A stretch of 64,000 nt of DNA from a bacterium (lineage in GTDB: Bacteria > Electryoneota > JAOADG01): positions 1,376,001 through 1,440,000 of the forward strand of contig OY820579.1 in NCBI GenBank assembly GCA_963681965.1, written 5' to 3'. This document shows positions 31,395 through 40,594 of this stretch, piece after piece. A model generated the notes under the pieces. That model was not told the DNA's origin, searched no databases, and was given only the letters and a program-made list of their open reading frames with translations. Each line of letters starts with the position of its first letter. Position 1 is the first letter of the stretch. Made by a program: the position numbers and the translations under genes.

Positions 31395-31429
31395 AATTGG
31401 GGTATCGCTACGATGCCCCAATTTTTTTT
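31395..31429 (+). terminator. Intrinsic terminator after alaS
   Basis: aattggggtatcg-cta-cgatgccccaatt followed by a T run. Confidence 0.75.
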
Positions 31430-31512
31430 CTACCGATAATCGGAATCCTCGATTTTTACTCGAAAAATGTCGATATTCCTGTATCGACCCTAATATCGAA
31501 ACGGGGGGTAGT

Positions 31513-31896
31513 ATGCCATTCAAATGTTGTTCGCTATGCAATAAATGCTGGGAAGAGTTCCTTGACTTAGTGAAGGACGTTTCCTTGCATCTGAATGGTT
31601 ATCAAGCCGGTTTTAAGAATCCCGATGATGGTCTGATTTATCTTACTCACGACACTGACGGGTGCCATTCCACCATTGCGATCCGAGCTGCCGATCTCCG
31701 ACCGTTGTACAAAGGACCCGATATTCAGGTCCGAAACACCGGTCAATCTACTTGCGAAGGACGATGCTTAAAGTCGGACGATTTCGATGTCTGCAACGCT
31801 GAATGCGATTTAGCTTGGATTAGGCGTGCCTTGCAGTCGTTTAGATCGCACCGAGTACCTGATCATTTACTGCCACCGCCCCCTGTTGCTCAATAA
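31513..31896 (+). CDS. Cys-rich hypothetical protein (probable metal-binding)
   Basis: 127 aa with CCxxC, HxxxxCH and two CxxxC motifs; G-rich RBS-like run upstream. Confidence 0.65.
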   Translation: MPFKCCSLCNKCWEEFLDLVKDVSLHLNGYQAGFKNPDDGLIYLTHDTDGCHSTIAIRAADLRPLYKGPDIQVRNTGQSTCEGRCLKSDDFDVCNAECDLAWIRRALQSFRSHRVPDHLLPPPPVAQ

Positions 31897-32074
31897 ATTG
31901 CGCCTCAACGAGACGATGAATAGGAAGTTCCTGCCATTTTGATTGATTAAGACGTCAATTTATTCTTATTTTTGTTCCCAATCACTTTTTTTTTGTGGGA
32001 TGCTTCGCTTTGCATGGATTTCGTTGTATAATTTAGTTCGTATCGAAACTTCTCGATCGACATGATGGAGTAGA

Positions 32075-32806
32075 ATGCCGACCGAAACCGTCTTTCAACG
32101 ACTATTGGCTTTCCGCCGGGACCGGGGTCCCGGGCTGATTGTGCTGCTTGATCCCGACCGCACTGATGCGACCGCGATGGCAGCACTAGCTGCACGCGCC
32201 GAAAATGCCGGTGCCGCGGCGATCCTTTATGGTACGAGTTATTTGACCGGGAACCACTTCGAAGAATCGCTCCGGAAAGTAAAATCAGCAACAACCTTGC
32301 CGGTCGTACTATTTCCGAGTAATTCCCGTCAACTGACTGCCGAAGCCGATGCTGTCTTGCTGCTTTCGCTCCTTTCTTCACGAAATCCCCAGTATTTGAT
32401 TGGTGAACATGTAATTGCTGCACCCATCATCAAACATCTCCGTTTGGAAGCAATAGCCACCGGTTATTTGCTTATTTCCTCCGGTCGGATGACCACTGCC
32501 GAATTTATGAGTGGATCGCCGCCGATCCCGCGCGACAAACCCGAACTAGTTGCCGCACACGCTTTGGCTGCCGAACAACTCGGTATGAAATGTGTCTATC
32601 TCGAAGCTGGCAGTGGTGCCGAATTTCCGGTTCCGGCGGAAGCTATCGCGGCAACCCGTCACGAGATTTCACTTCCAATTCTCGTGGGTGGTGGTATTCG
32701 AACCCCCGAACAAGTTCAAACTGCCGTTAAAGCTGGTGCCGATTTCATTGTCATTGGAACCCTACTCGAACAAGTACCCAGCACCGAATTAACATCTCTT
32801 CTTTAG
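32075..32806 (+). CDS. Geranylgeranylglyceryl/heptaprenylglyceryl phosphate synthase (PcrB/GGGPS family)
   Basis: LLDPD, LFP, SRNPQYLIG, YLEAGSGA, VGGGIR, IVIGT. Confidence 0.9.
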   Translation: MPTETVFQRLLAFRRDRGPGLIVLLDPDRTDATAMAALAARAENAGAAAILYGTSYLTGNHFEESLRKVKSATTLPVVLFPSNSRQLTAEADAVLLLSLLSSRNPQYLIGEHVIAAPIIKHLRLEAIATGYLLISSGRMTTAEFMSGSPPIPRDKPELVAAHALAAEQLGMKCVYLEAGSGAEFPVPAEAIAATRHEISLPILVGGGIRTPEQVQTAVKAGADFIVIGTLLEQVPSTELTSLL

Positions 32807-32901
32807 ATATCTACTGGTATTACCAAGACAATTTTTGAGATAAGACAAACCCGCATCAACGAGAATGCGGGTTGACTATTACATATAAAATTCTCTCTTG
32901 A

Positions 32902-35421
32902 TTAAAATTCCGCTTCCACCCCGAGAATCGGGAAGAAAGCGTACTGGTACTCGGTTTCTTTAGTTCCATCTGTTCGATAGCTGTAGCCGAATATATTTTT
33001 CCGGTTCGTCACATTCTGAATTGCGACCACCGTATTGAGATCCCAATTCGAGAAATGATAGCGGCTGATCCATTGTAAATCGAGTCGTGAATAATCGGGA
33101 TACCGGATACTATTAATATTCGGGGAATCGATCCATGCGCCGCGCGACCATGCCATTCCACCGATTCGATCTTGCCGCCACGTTACAAATTCTTGCGGAG
33201 TGTAGGTTTTACCTGTCTGGTAGCGATATTTGAATCCGATTTCCATATCGTTGGAGAATGGTAAAATATAACTTGGATACTTTACAAAAAACGGCATATC
33301 GTTCAGTCGATTCCGAAAATTTTTAGTGATCTCACCCGTTGAAACCACCACGATCCAAGGAAAATCGTATTCATCCGGAAATTCATCCGATACTTTCGGT
33401 TTGCGGGGATCGAGATCCCGCGTCTTTGACCAGGATACGCTGAGCGTTCCATAGAAATTCTTTACCTGTTTCTGCTGTAAGAAAAATTCCGCTCCGTAGG
33501 AGTACTTCTCTCCGACATTATGCCGTTTTTCCGACCGGAGTGTATCGGTGGCTTGATAGATGAATTCCTCCGAAACCGCAAAATCGTTGTATTTCTTGTA
33601 GTACCCTTCGATTGAATACTTCAACCCTTCGCCAATAATCGATTCAATTCCGGCTGCAAAATTTCGGGCATGAATATTTTTCAGTCGAATATTATAACCG
33701 ACATTGTTCCGATCGCCATATTCCGGAAACGGCTGAGTCTGGTAGTATTCACCTACCGCGAATTTTAACTTGGTGGTTCTTGGTACGAGCTGATATTCTA
33801 GATTCAATCGCGGACTAATATTTCCCTGACGGGTGTAGCTGAAGTAATCGTATCGAACACCGACAGTCACTTTTAATTCGTGTGTAATGTGAAAATCGTC
33901 GCTCAAGTAGCCGTAGGATCTGTTTGCATTGCCAAATTTGATCTGTTGCTGAAAACTTCCCTCTGGTCGAACAATTGGTCCCGTCTCGAATACGCCATCG
34001 CCGTTTAAATCGTACCGGCTGGTATCGGCTTGGACATAAACATCGGTAGTCCACTTTTGAACCGACTGAATCTGACCACCAAGCGATACTTCGTGTCCTC
34101 GGTACGGTGGGAAGTAGTAGTCGAATTTCGCCGATACAAATGATTGGTCAGCTCGTTCGCCAAAATGAGGAAATGAATTTAAAATCCGGTAATTGTCAAC
34201 ATGTCCGTTGGCATCGAATTGTCGTTCGGTATATTCGCGATGTACCGAAATATTGTAATTATTCCCAATTGTCGCCAGTGTAAAATTGGAGTACCCTTTA
34301 TTGCCCCACAGACTTCTCAGAGTGACGCCGTAAGCATATTGTTGAGATCGAAAATTCGTCGTATTGATTGCCGAGGAATCGGTTACGCTCTTTAAGTAAT
34401 CGCTATCCTTTTTCGGATCCCCTTCGAATAATATTCGGTCGTCGCCGAATATTCCGTTGAAAACCAATTTCTGCCGTGGTGACAGGTCGTAAACGATTTT
34501 CGATTGCATATCCCAGTATTTCGGTACCGCCGTTAAGCCCAACGCATCGGCACCCACCACTTGATCGAAAACTTCGAGCAGACTTTGTCGTGCCGAAAAC
34601 ATCCACGATCCGCGACCGCCGTTAAGACGCCCTTCCATCAATGTACCGGCCCCGGCAAAATGCATCGATGTGTTCGACGCAAATCGGACATTCCGATCCC
34701 CTTCACGCAGCGTCACTTTCATCACCGAGGAGATTTTATCGCCGTAACGCGCCGGAAATCCTCCGGTCGAAAATTCGACATCTTCGATCATATCGGTATT
34801 TACCATATTGATCGGACCAGCCGAATTGTATTCGTTCGGATAGTGATTTGTCGATGGGATTTCAATCTCATCGAGAACCGTCAAGTTTTCAAATGGAGCA
34901 CCGCCGCGAACGATCAATTCGTTATTCATATCCTGTGAATTGGCAACGCCCGGAAGAATTTGAACGATTCGCTGCATATCCATCAGTGAACCGGGATTTC
35001 GCTTAATTTCGGATGCATCGATTACTGCTGAGCTCATTGCTCCTACAGTTCCACCATCGCGAAAGTAATCCGGCTTCACTGTCATCTCGTCTAGATGCGA
35101 TCGAGTGGCTGTCAGTTTAGCCTTTACTTTCGCGCTTCGACCGGTTGAAACGACGATATTCGTCACTACCGATGGTTGGTAACCGATTGCTGAACAGCGA
35201 AGTGAGTATTCTCCGACAGGTAATTTGGGGATTATGAATTTTCCGGTAGTATCGCTGATAGCACCGATTTTTTTTCCGACAATCTGAACGGAGGCGCCAA
35301 TTAATGGCTCTGAACTATTTTCATCGATAATTTGCCCGCTAATCGATCCTTCACGTACTTGAGCAATTGCCGCAATCGAAAATAGAAAGAGGAGTAAAAG
35401 AAGAGTTGCTAGTTTCATCAT
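32902..35421 (-). CDS. TonB-dependent receptor with N-terminal carboxypeptidase-regulatory-like domain
   Basis: Signal peptide, GSISGQIIDE..EPLIGA, plug motif LIVRGG...GGFPARYG, C-terminal Phe (VEAEF). Confidence 0.88.
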   Translation of the reverse strand: MMKLATLLLLLFLFSIAAIAQVREGSISGQIIDENSSEPLIGASVQIVGKKIGAISDTTGKFIIPKLPVGEYSLRCSAIGYQPSVVTNIVVSTGRSAKVKAKLTATRSHLDEMTVKPDYFRDGGTVGAMSSAVIDASEIKRNPGSLMDMQRIVQILPGVANSQDMNNELIVRGGAPFENLTVLDEIEIPSTNHYPNEYNSAGPINMVNTDMIEDVEFSTGGFPARYGDKISSVMKVTLREGDRNVRFASNTSMHFAGAGTLMEGRLNGGRGSWMFSARQSLLEVFDQVVGADALGLTAVPKYWDMQSKIVYDLSPRQKLVFNGIFGDDRILFEGDPKKDSDYLKSVTDSSAINTTNFRSQQYAYGVTLRSLWGNKGYSNFTLATIGNNYNISVHREYTERQFDANGHVDNYRILNSFPHFGERADQSFVSAKFDYYFPPYRGHEVSLGGQIQSVQKWTTDVYVQADTSRYDLNGDGVFETGPIVRPEGSFQQQIKFGNANRSYGYLSDDFHITHELKVTVGVRYDYFSYTRQGNISPRLNLEYQLVPRTTKLKFAVGEYYQTQPFPEYGDRNNVGYNIRLKNIHARNFAAGIESIIGEGLKYSIEGYYKKYNDFAVSEEFIYQATDTLRSEKRHNVGEKYSYGAEFFLQQKQVKNFYGTLSVSWSKTRDLDPRKPKVSDEFPDEYDFPWIVVVSTGEITKNFRNRLNDMPFFVKYPSYILPFSNDMEIGFKYRYQTGKTYTPQEFVTWRQDRIGGMAWSRGAWIDSPNINSIRYPDYSRLDLQWISRYHFSNWDLNTVVAIQNVTNRKNIFGYSYRTDGTKETEYQYAFFPILGVEAEF

Positions 35422-35713
35422 TCGCCCGGTTTGATGGTATGAAAATTTCGTGTGAATCAATATATTCAATTTCGATTTCATTTGTAAGTGTTGTAATAAA
35501 GCCGAAACGTTGCATTGAAGACATCTGCCGGTCATTTAATCCTTGAAAATGGGTTTTCAGTATTCACAAAGACTTATGAATCGAAATCAAAGATCAAAGT
35601 GAGCCATCGACAACCGAAAACAATTGGTTAATTCGAACATTTTTTGTAATTTCGATCCGTGAATTATCAGCACTATTGTTAAGTTTCAAATTTTTATCGC
35701 TAAAGGGGGACAG

Positions 35714-36856
35714 ATGTCTTCAAGCTCGCGTACAGCCTCTAAATTTCTTGCAATTATCGCTTTGTTGTCACTTTCATCGCTGGTTTGGTCTGAAGAAGCA
35801 AAACCATTGAAATGGAATGATTTAATCACGTTGTCTGGCGATTTTCGGTATCGTCATGAACTCATCAATTTGGAAGGAGATCCGATGCCGCGAAACCGCG
35901 AACGAATTCGCGCGCGGTTAGGGTTGGCTGCTCAAGTGAATGAAGACTGGAAAGTCAATTTTCGGCTTACAACCGGTGAAACCGAGAACTCGACTTCTGC
36001 GAATCAAACATTGGCAGATTCAGTCAACAAAGGCGATGGCGAAAGCCGGAAAATATTCTGGTTGGAAACCGCAAATGTCGAATGGAAACCCGCTGAAAAT
36101 GTGAATTTTTATATCGGTAAATTCCCGATGCCGTTGTTTCTCACCGATCTCGTATTTAGTCCCGACCTTAGTTTCGAAGGTGGTTTCGCCAAATCCGAAT
36201 TCAAGATGAATGAGAAAATGACGATGTTTGCATCATTCGGTGAATCGTGGTTGCGAGAGAATTCCAAGAGCAATGATCAGAGTTTGATGATTGCGACGTT
36301 GGGCATCAAAGGCAATTGTTGCGAGTATGGTTACTGGCTTGGCTGCGCCTATTTCGATTTTTCGAATGTGAAGGATTATCCGCTCTTTTACGGAAAGTCG
36401 TTGGGTAATACCCTCGATTCCAATCGGTCATTCGGTAGAACATTTGCTGCCTACAAATACGATTACGACTTAATGGATGTCGCCACCAAATTGGAATGGA
36501 ATGGACTCAAGGGGTATCCCGTCAATGTCTTCGGTGAATACGTGCAGAATGGCGATGTTGGCGAAAAGAATACGGCGTGGGTAGGGGGGTTCCAATTCGG
36601 AAAAGCGAAGAACCCGAAAAATTGGGGAATGCTTTATTCCTATCGGAAAATTGAAAGTGATGCTATTGTTGGTGCATTAGCGGAACCAAGCATCGGTGTA
36701 TTAGGATCAAATTACAATTGCAATCGCATCGAATTCGAATATTGTCTCGCAAAAAATGTCAATACCACCGTTCGAGCCTACGATGTCAAACTCGATCCCA
36801 CCGGTGCAAACAAAAAATTCCGGCAATATCAGCTCGACCTCGTGCTGAAATTCTAA
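35714..36856 (+). CDS. Putative porin (outer-membrane beta-barrel)
   Basis: Signal peptide, SGDFRYRHE, RERIRARLG, RLTTG, ends QLDLVLKF. Confidence 0.75.
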   Translation: MSSSSRTASKFLAIIALLSLSSLVWSEEAKPLKWNDLITLSGDFRYRHELINLEGDPMPRNRERIRARLGLAAQVNEDWKVNFRLTTGETENSTSANQTLADSVNKGDGESRKIFWLETANVEWKPAENVNFYIGKFPMPLFLTDLVFSPDLSFEGGFAKSEFKMNEKMTMFASFGESWLRENSKSNDQSLMIATLGIKGNCCEYGYWLGCAYFDFSNVKDYPLFYGKSLGNTLDSNRSFGRTFAAYKYDYDLMDVATKLEWNGLKGYPVNVFGEYVQNGDVGEKNTAWVGGFQFGKAKNPKNWGMLYSYRKIESDAIVGALAEPSIGVLGSNYNCNRIEFEYCLAKNVNTTVRAYDVKLDPTGANKKFRQYQLDLVLKF

Positions 36857-36910
36857 TCTCAACTCGATTTAAGCGTACTGAGGGAGGATTGATGATCCTC
36901 CCTTTTGTTT

Positions 36911-38017
36911 TTATCCTGAAGCGCCCCACGATTTCCAATAATCGGGATTTTCAATTCCTTTAGCGGTGTCCGTCATCTGTAATGGTCGCGAAGTATCCAG
37001 CATCACTGCCATTTCGTCGGTGTGAGATTTTTGTTGCGATGCTATCCGTGCCTTTGGATGAGGTCCGTGCGGAAATCCCTGGGGATGGAAGGTAATCATC
37101 CCGGCACGAATATTGTCGCGTGAGAAAAAGTCACCATCGTGATAAAACAGTACCTCGTCGTAATCGATATTGCTGTGATAAAACGGCACTTTCACCGCAT
37201 CCTCATCGGTTTCCAGTGGTCGCGGTAAAAAGCTGCAGATTACAAATCCCTTCCCGACGAAGGTCGTATGAACTGGAGGGGGAAGATGTTGTCGGTGTGA
37301 ATTAACTGGCAGATACTGATCGATATTCAATCGCCAGGGAAATAGATCTCCTTTCCAACCAATCACATCCAAGGGATGATGATTGAAGAAAAAACTCGTT
37401 GTCTCGCCCTGTCGAATTACCTGCACTTCATATTCGCGATTTGGCTCACTAGGATAAGCCATCGGTTCGGGGATGAATACGGCAGCCGGATCGTACAATG
37501 CGTGTTGTCCCAGTATTCCTCGCGATGGTTGTTCGATTTCACCACGGTATGCTTCGATTTGTAACAGTGTCGATGGGTCAGAAGGTACGATCCGATGCAA
37601 CAATCCACGGGGAATCAGCAAATAATCCCCCTGTCTATACGGCATCGGTCCGAACAGTGTCTCGCAGATCCCTTTGCCGCGATGGACAAAGTATATCCGT
37701 TCCGCATCGCTATCGCGAAGCCAGTAAGGCATCGGTTCCAATATCGACAATATTGAAAAAGCGACATCGTCGTTGTACAACAATTTCCGGCAATTATCCG
37801 GGCAGGAGGGAAGTGATGAGGTATCGAAACTTCTCGGTTTCAAGGTTCCCTCGATTCGTTGCCAGTCGGTAGGAGGATGGGTGTGAGTCAGGTGTGCTAC
37901 CCGCGAGAAAAAACCCGCTCGACCATATTCCTCTTCGAAGGTTCCATCTGGTAGATCCTTGTGGGCTGTGGTTGCCACCACCCCTTTGACCAAGTGTACA
38001 TTGCGCGATTCGTTCAT
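36911..38017 (-). CDS. hmgA: Homogentisate 1,2-dioxygenase family protein
   Basis: HHPLDVIGWKG, HLPPPVH, PFYHSNIDYDEVLFY, HPQGFPHGPHP, EMAVMLDT; RBS ggagg before ATG 38017. Confidence 0.85.
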   Translation of the reverse strand: MNESRNVHLVKGVVATTAHKDLPDGTFEEEYGRAGFFSRVAHLTHTHPPTDWQRIEGTLKPRSFDTSSLPSCPDNCRKLLYNDDVAFSILSILEPMPYWLRDSDAERIYFVHRGKGICETLFGPMPYRQGDYLLIPRGLLHRIVPSDPSTLLQIEAYRGEIEQPSRGILGQHALYDPAAVFIPEPMAYPSEPNREYEVQVIRQGETTSFFFNHHPLDVIGWKGDLFPWRLNIDQYLPVNSHRQHLPPPVHTTFVGKGFVICSFLPRPLETDEDAVKVPFYHSNIDYDEVLFYHDGDFFSRDNIRAGMITFHPQGFPHGPHPKARIASQQKSHTDEMAVMLDTSRPLQMTDTAKGIENPDYWKSWGASG

Positions 38018-38153
38018 CTTACTCCTCCCTTGAATAAACATTGTACGAGAGTTATATCCATTCAGTAATCCATTGATTTCCTCCGTATCTTATATTCATT
38101 CTGTTGAAGTGTGATTCTGTAGCCAGCGCCTGTTATTGCGTTCACTTTTTTTA

Positions 38154-38460
38154 TAGCCGCAGACTTTAGCCTGCGTTCCGTTTCTTTTGAGTAGGGCGTA
38201 TGGCATACGCCCTAAGGTTCGATCGCGATCGAACCCTTCATTACCAGAATAGTGGACTAATGGTTATTACTATCAATCTTTACATCTTTTGTAGGGGCGG
38301 TTCGCGAACCGCCCGTAACAGTTGAATTGGCAGAATGCGCAGATTGAAATATTGAATCAAAGGATGCGGGTGTCTTACTTTCGGTGAGCGCTTTGCGGTT
38401 GCCATACGCCCCAAGGTTCGTTCGCGAACGCGCCTTTCATTACCAGATTAGCGGACTAAA
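38154..38460. repeat. REP-like palindrome cluster with a local ~60-bp duplication
   Basis: gtagggcgtatggcatacgccc at 38192; gtaggggcggttcgcgaaccgccc at 38291; catacgcccyaaggttcg...cattaccaga..ag.ggactaa near 38205 and 38403. Confidence 0.65.
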
Positions 38461-38564
38461 GGCCGCCGCTACCATGCGGTTAGTGAATAAAATGAAATGC
38501 CATTAGTCAGTATTTGAATCTGAATCTTGTATTGCAATCTGTCGCTATTATTTCGCGAGGGAAC

Positions 38565-39149
38565 ATGTCCGAAAAAAAAATCCGCATCTACACCCGTGTC
38601 GGCGACAAAGGGCAAACAGCGCTGTTCAGTGGTGATCGAGTTAGCAAATCCGATCCCCGCGTGGCAGCATACGGTACCATCGATGAACTCAATTCTTTGC
38701 TCGGATGGACTCAGGTTGCGATTGCGATGCTTTCCTGTGAAGGGGCTGCGCGGTTGGGAGCAATGCTCGATGCGTTGCAGCACGAGCTGTTCGAAGTAGG
38801 TGCCGACTTAGCAACGCCCCCTTCGAATAATGCCGACACGTACCAAATCAAGCGGATTGGTGAACCGGAAGTGAAACAGCTCGAACACTGGATTGATGAA
38901 TTGGAGACTGCGTTACAGCCGCTCCGCGCTTTCATTCTGCCGGGAGGAAGTGAAGCCGCAGCCCGACTGCATCTGGCACGTACCGTTTGTCGCCGTGCCG
39001 AGCGCGAAGCCGTCGCCGCACTGGAGTCTGTCCCCGATATCAATCCCGGTGTCATCCAGTACTTGAACCGGCTCAATGATCTTTTCTTTGTAATGGCACG
39101 CAATGCCAACAAAATCCAGAATCGCGATGATGTTGTTTGGAAAAGGTGA
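38565..39149 (+). CDS. Cob(I)alamin adenosyltransferase, PduO type
   Basis: IYTRVGDKGQT, AYGTIDELNS, FILPGG, ARTVCRRAER, YLNRLND. Confidence 0.92.
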   Translation: MSEKKIRIYTRVGDKGQTALFSGDRVSKSDPRVAAYGTIDELNSLLGWTQVAIAMLSCEGAARLGAMLDALQHELFEVGADLATPPSNNADTYQIKRIGEPEVKQLEHWIDELETALQPLRAFILPGGSEAAARLHLARTVCRRAEREAVAALESVPDINPGVIQYLNRLNDLFFVMARNANKIQNRDDVVWKR

Positions 39150-39172
39150 TTGATCTTGAATTTTATGAGCAC

Positions 39173-39204
39173 CAAAAAACGCCCCTTGCGGGGCGTTTTC
39201 TTTT
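39173..39204. terminator. Bidirectional intrinsic terminator
   Basis: aaaaaacgcccc-ttgc-ggggcgttttctttt between convergent genes. Confidence 0.8.
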
Positions 39205-39230
39205 ACGATTCACTGATACGCTGCGAATTG

Positions 39231-39635
39231 TTAACTTGCTGACCCACTCGCGGCGAACTGCCGCAGCATTCGATCTGCAACCTTCTCCGCCAACCGTTCC
39301 AACAGCTCGGTCCGTCCTTCCGCCCAATCCTGGGCGACAGTCCGAATCGCGCCCTGCAATTCAGCCGGTTGATGAGCAGATTGAGGGTCTTCCAATTGAC
39401 GCTTGGCACCATGAAGCGACATCCCGTGATCAAGTATCATTGACTTCAATCGCTCGACACGTTCAACCACATCCGGTGCGTATCGCTTGTGCCCGCCAGG
39501 GGTACGAGCGACCTGCAAGTATTCGCGAAACTCACGTTCCCACTTCGATAATGTCGGAGGGGGAACGCCGGTGATCGCATGGACCTGAGAAGGGGTAAAA
39601 CCATCCCCGGTCGGTATGTTCGGTATTCGCTCCAT
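39231..39635 (-). CDS. MerR-type HTH DNA-binding protein
   Basis: TGVPPPTLSKWEREF, RTPGGHKRY, GMSLHGAKRQL. Confidence 0.8.
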   Translation of the reverse strand: MERIPNIPTGDGFTPSQVHAITGVPPPTLSKWEREFREYLQVARTPGGHKRYAPDVVERVERLKSMILDHGMSLHGAKRQLEDPQSAHQPAELQGAIRTVAQDWAEGRTELLERLAEKVADRMLRQFAASGSAS

Positions 39636-39742
39636 TAATCGGTCCTCGCGATGGACCAGATCAATGAGGGGGCGCGAGCCCCACGACTCCGGTGACCTCC
39701 CCGTCGCCGACGGTTATGCCGTCCAACTTTGGGTTCAATACT

Positions 39743-39770
39743 TTATCGACAACTCCAAGTGAAATATTTA
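39743..39770 (-). promoter_or_regulatory. Candidate sigma-28 (FliA/SigD)-type promoter for the MerR-like gene
   Basis: Minus strand TAAA-N16-GTCGATAA against consensus TAAA-N15/16-GCCGATAA. Confidence 0.45.
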
Positions 39771-39940
39771 CAATCTATTAACGGTTGAGAAATAGTTAAA
39801 GCAAATGTGACGGATTGTTACTCTAACACCTTAACGAAAATGAGACGCTCCTGAGATTTAACCAACGTGAAATCGAATTTCGACCGTTCAGTTTCGTGAT
39901 TGACCCGATTTCACTTATTTTACACCCAATTATTCGGAGT

Positions 39941-40594
39941 ATGAGAGTGGAGTTAATTTCCTTCATTACCGATTGGATCCTGCATCTTGACGTTCACTTA
40001 GCACAGGTGATACAGCAATACGGTAGCTGGACTTACGGAATCTTATTTTGTGTGATCTTCTGCGAAACTGGTTTGGTCGTGATGCCATTTCTACCCGGCG
40101 ATTCGTTGCTTTTCGTCGCTGGTGCCCTAACTGCGAAGAATCCCGATGTATTGAATATCGGTTTTCTGTTTGGGTTACTTTATTTTGCAGCGGTTGCAGG
40201 CGACAACACCAATTACGCCATCGGTCGATTCCTCGGGTTGAAACTGTTTACCAAACCCGATAGCAAATTCTTCCGGAAGGATTATCTTGATCGCACGCAC
40301 TCCTTTTACGAGAAATATGGCAAGAAAACCATCATTCTTGCTCGATTCGTACCGATCGTACGGACCTTTGCGCCCTTCGTCGCCGGTCTTGGGCGAATGA
40401 GCTATCTTACTTTTCTCACGTTCGATTTGCTCGGCGGGGCGCTCTGGATTGGCTCGCTAACTTTTGCGGGTTACTTTTTCGGTAATATCGAATTCATCCA
40501 GAAAAACCTGACCGTCGTTATTTTTTCCATTATCTTTCTTTCGATTCTTCCTGCGATCATTGAAGTTGTTCGCGAAAAATGGAGTAAGAAATGA
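39941..40594 (+). CDS. DedA family membrane protein (start 39941 or GTG 39947)
   Basis: FCETGLVVMPFLPGDSLLF, GDNTNYAIGR, ARFVPIVRTFAPFVAG. Confidence 0.93.
   Translation: MRVELISFITDWILHLDVHLAQVIQQYGSWTYGILFCVIFCETGLVVMPFLPGDSLLFVAGALTAKNPDVLNIGFLFGLLYFAAVAGDNTNYAIGRFLGLKLFTKPDSKFFRKDYLDRTHSFYEKYGKKTIILARFVPIVRTFAPFVAGLGRMSYLTFLTFDLLGGALWIGSLTFAGYFFGNIEFIQKNLTVVIFSIIFLSILPAIIEVVREKWSKK

Noticed and set aside
38018-38564. Cobalamin riboswitch upstream of the pduO-type gene
   Set aside because: No B12-box consensus was seen; the hairpins are REP-like repeats.
39636-39740. c-di-GMP-I riboswitch call for the MerR leader
   Set aside because: ggcataacc...gggg resembles the start of the motif, but the GNRA loop, GACGCAAAGC and second stem/receptor are missing. 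It is kept only as an unclassified structured leader.
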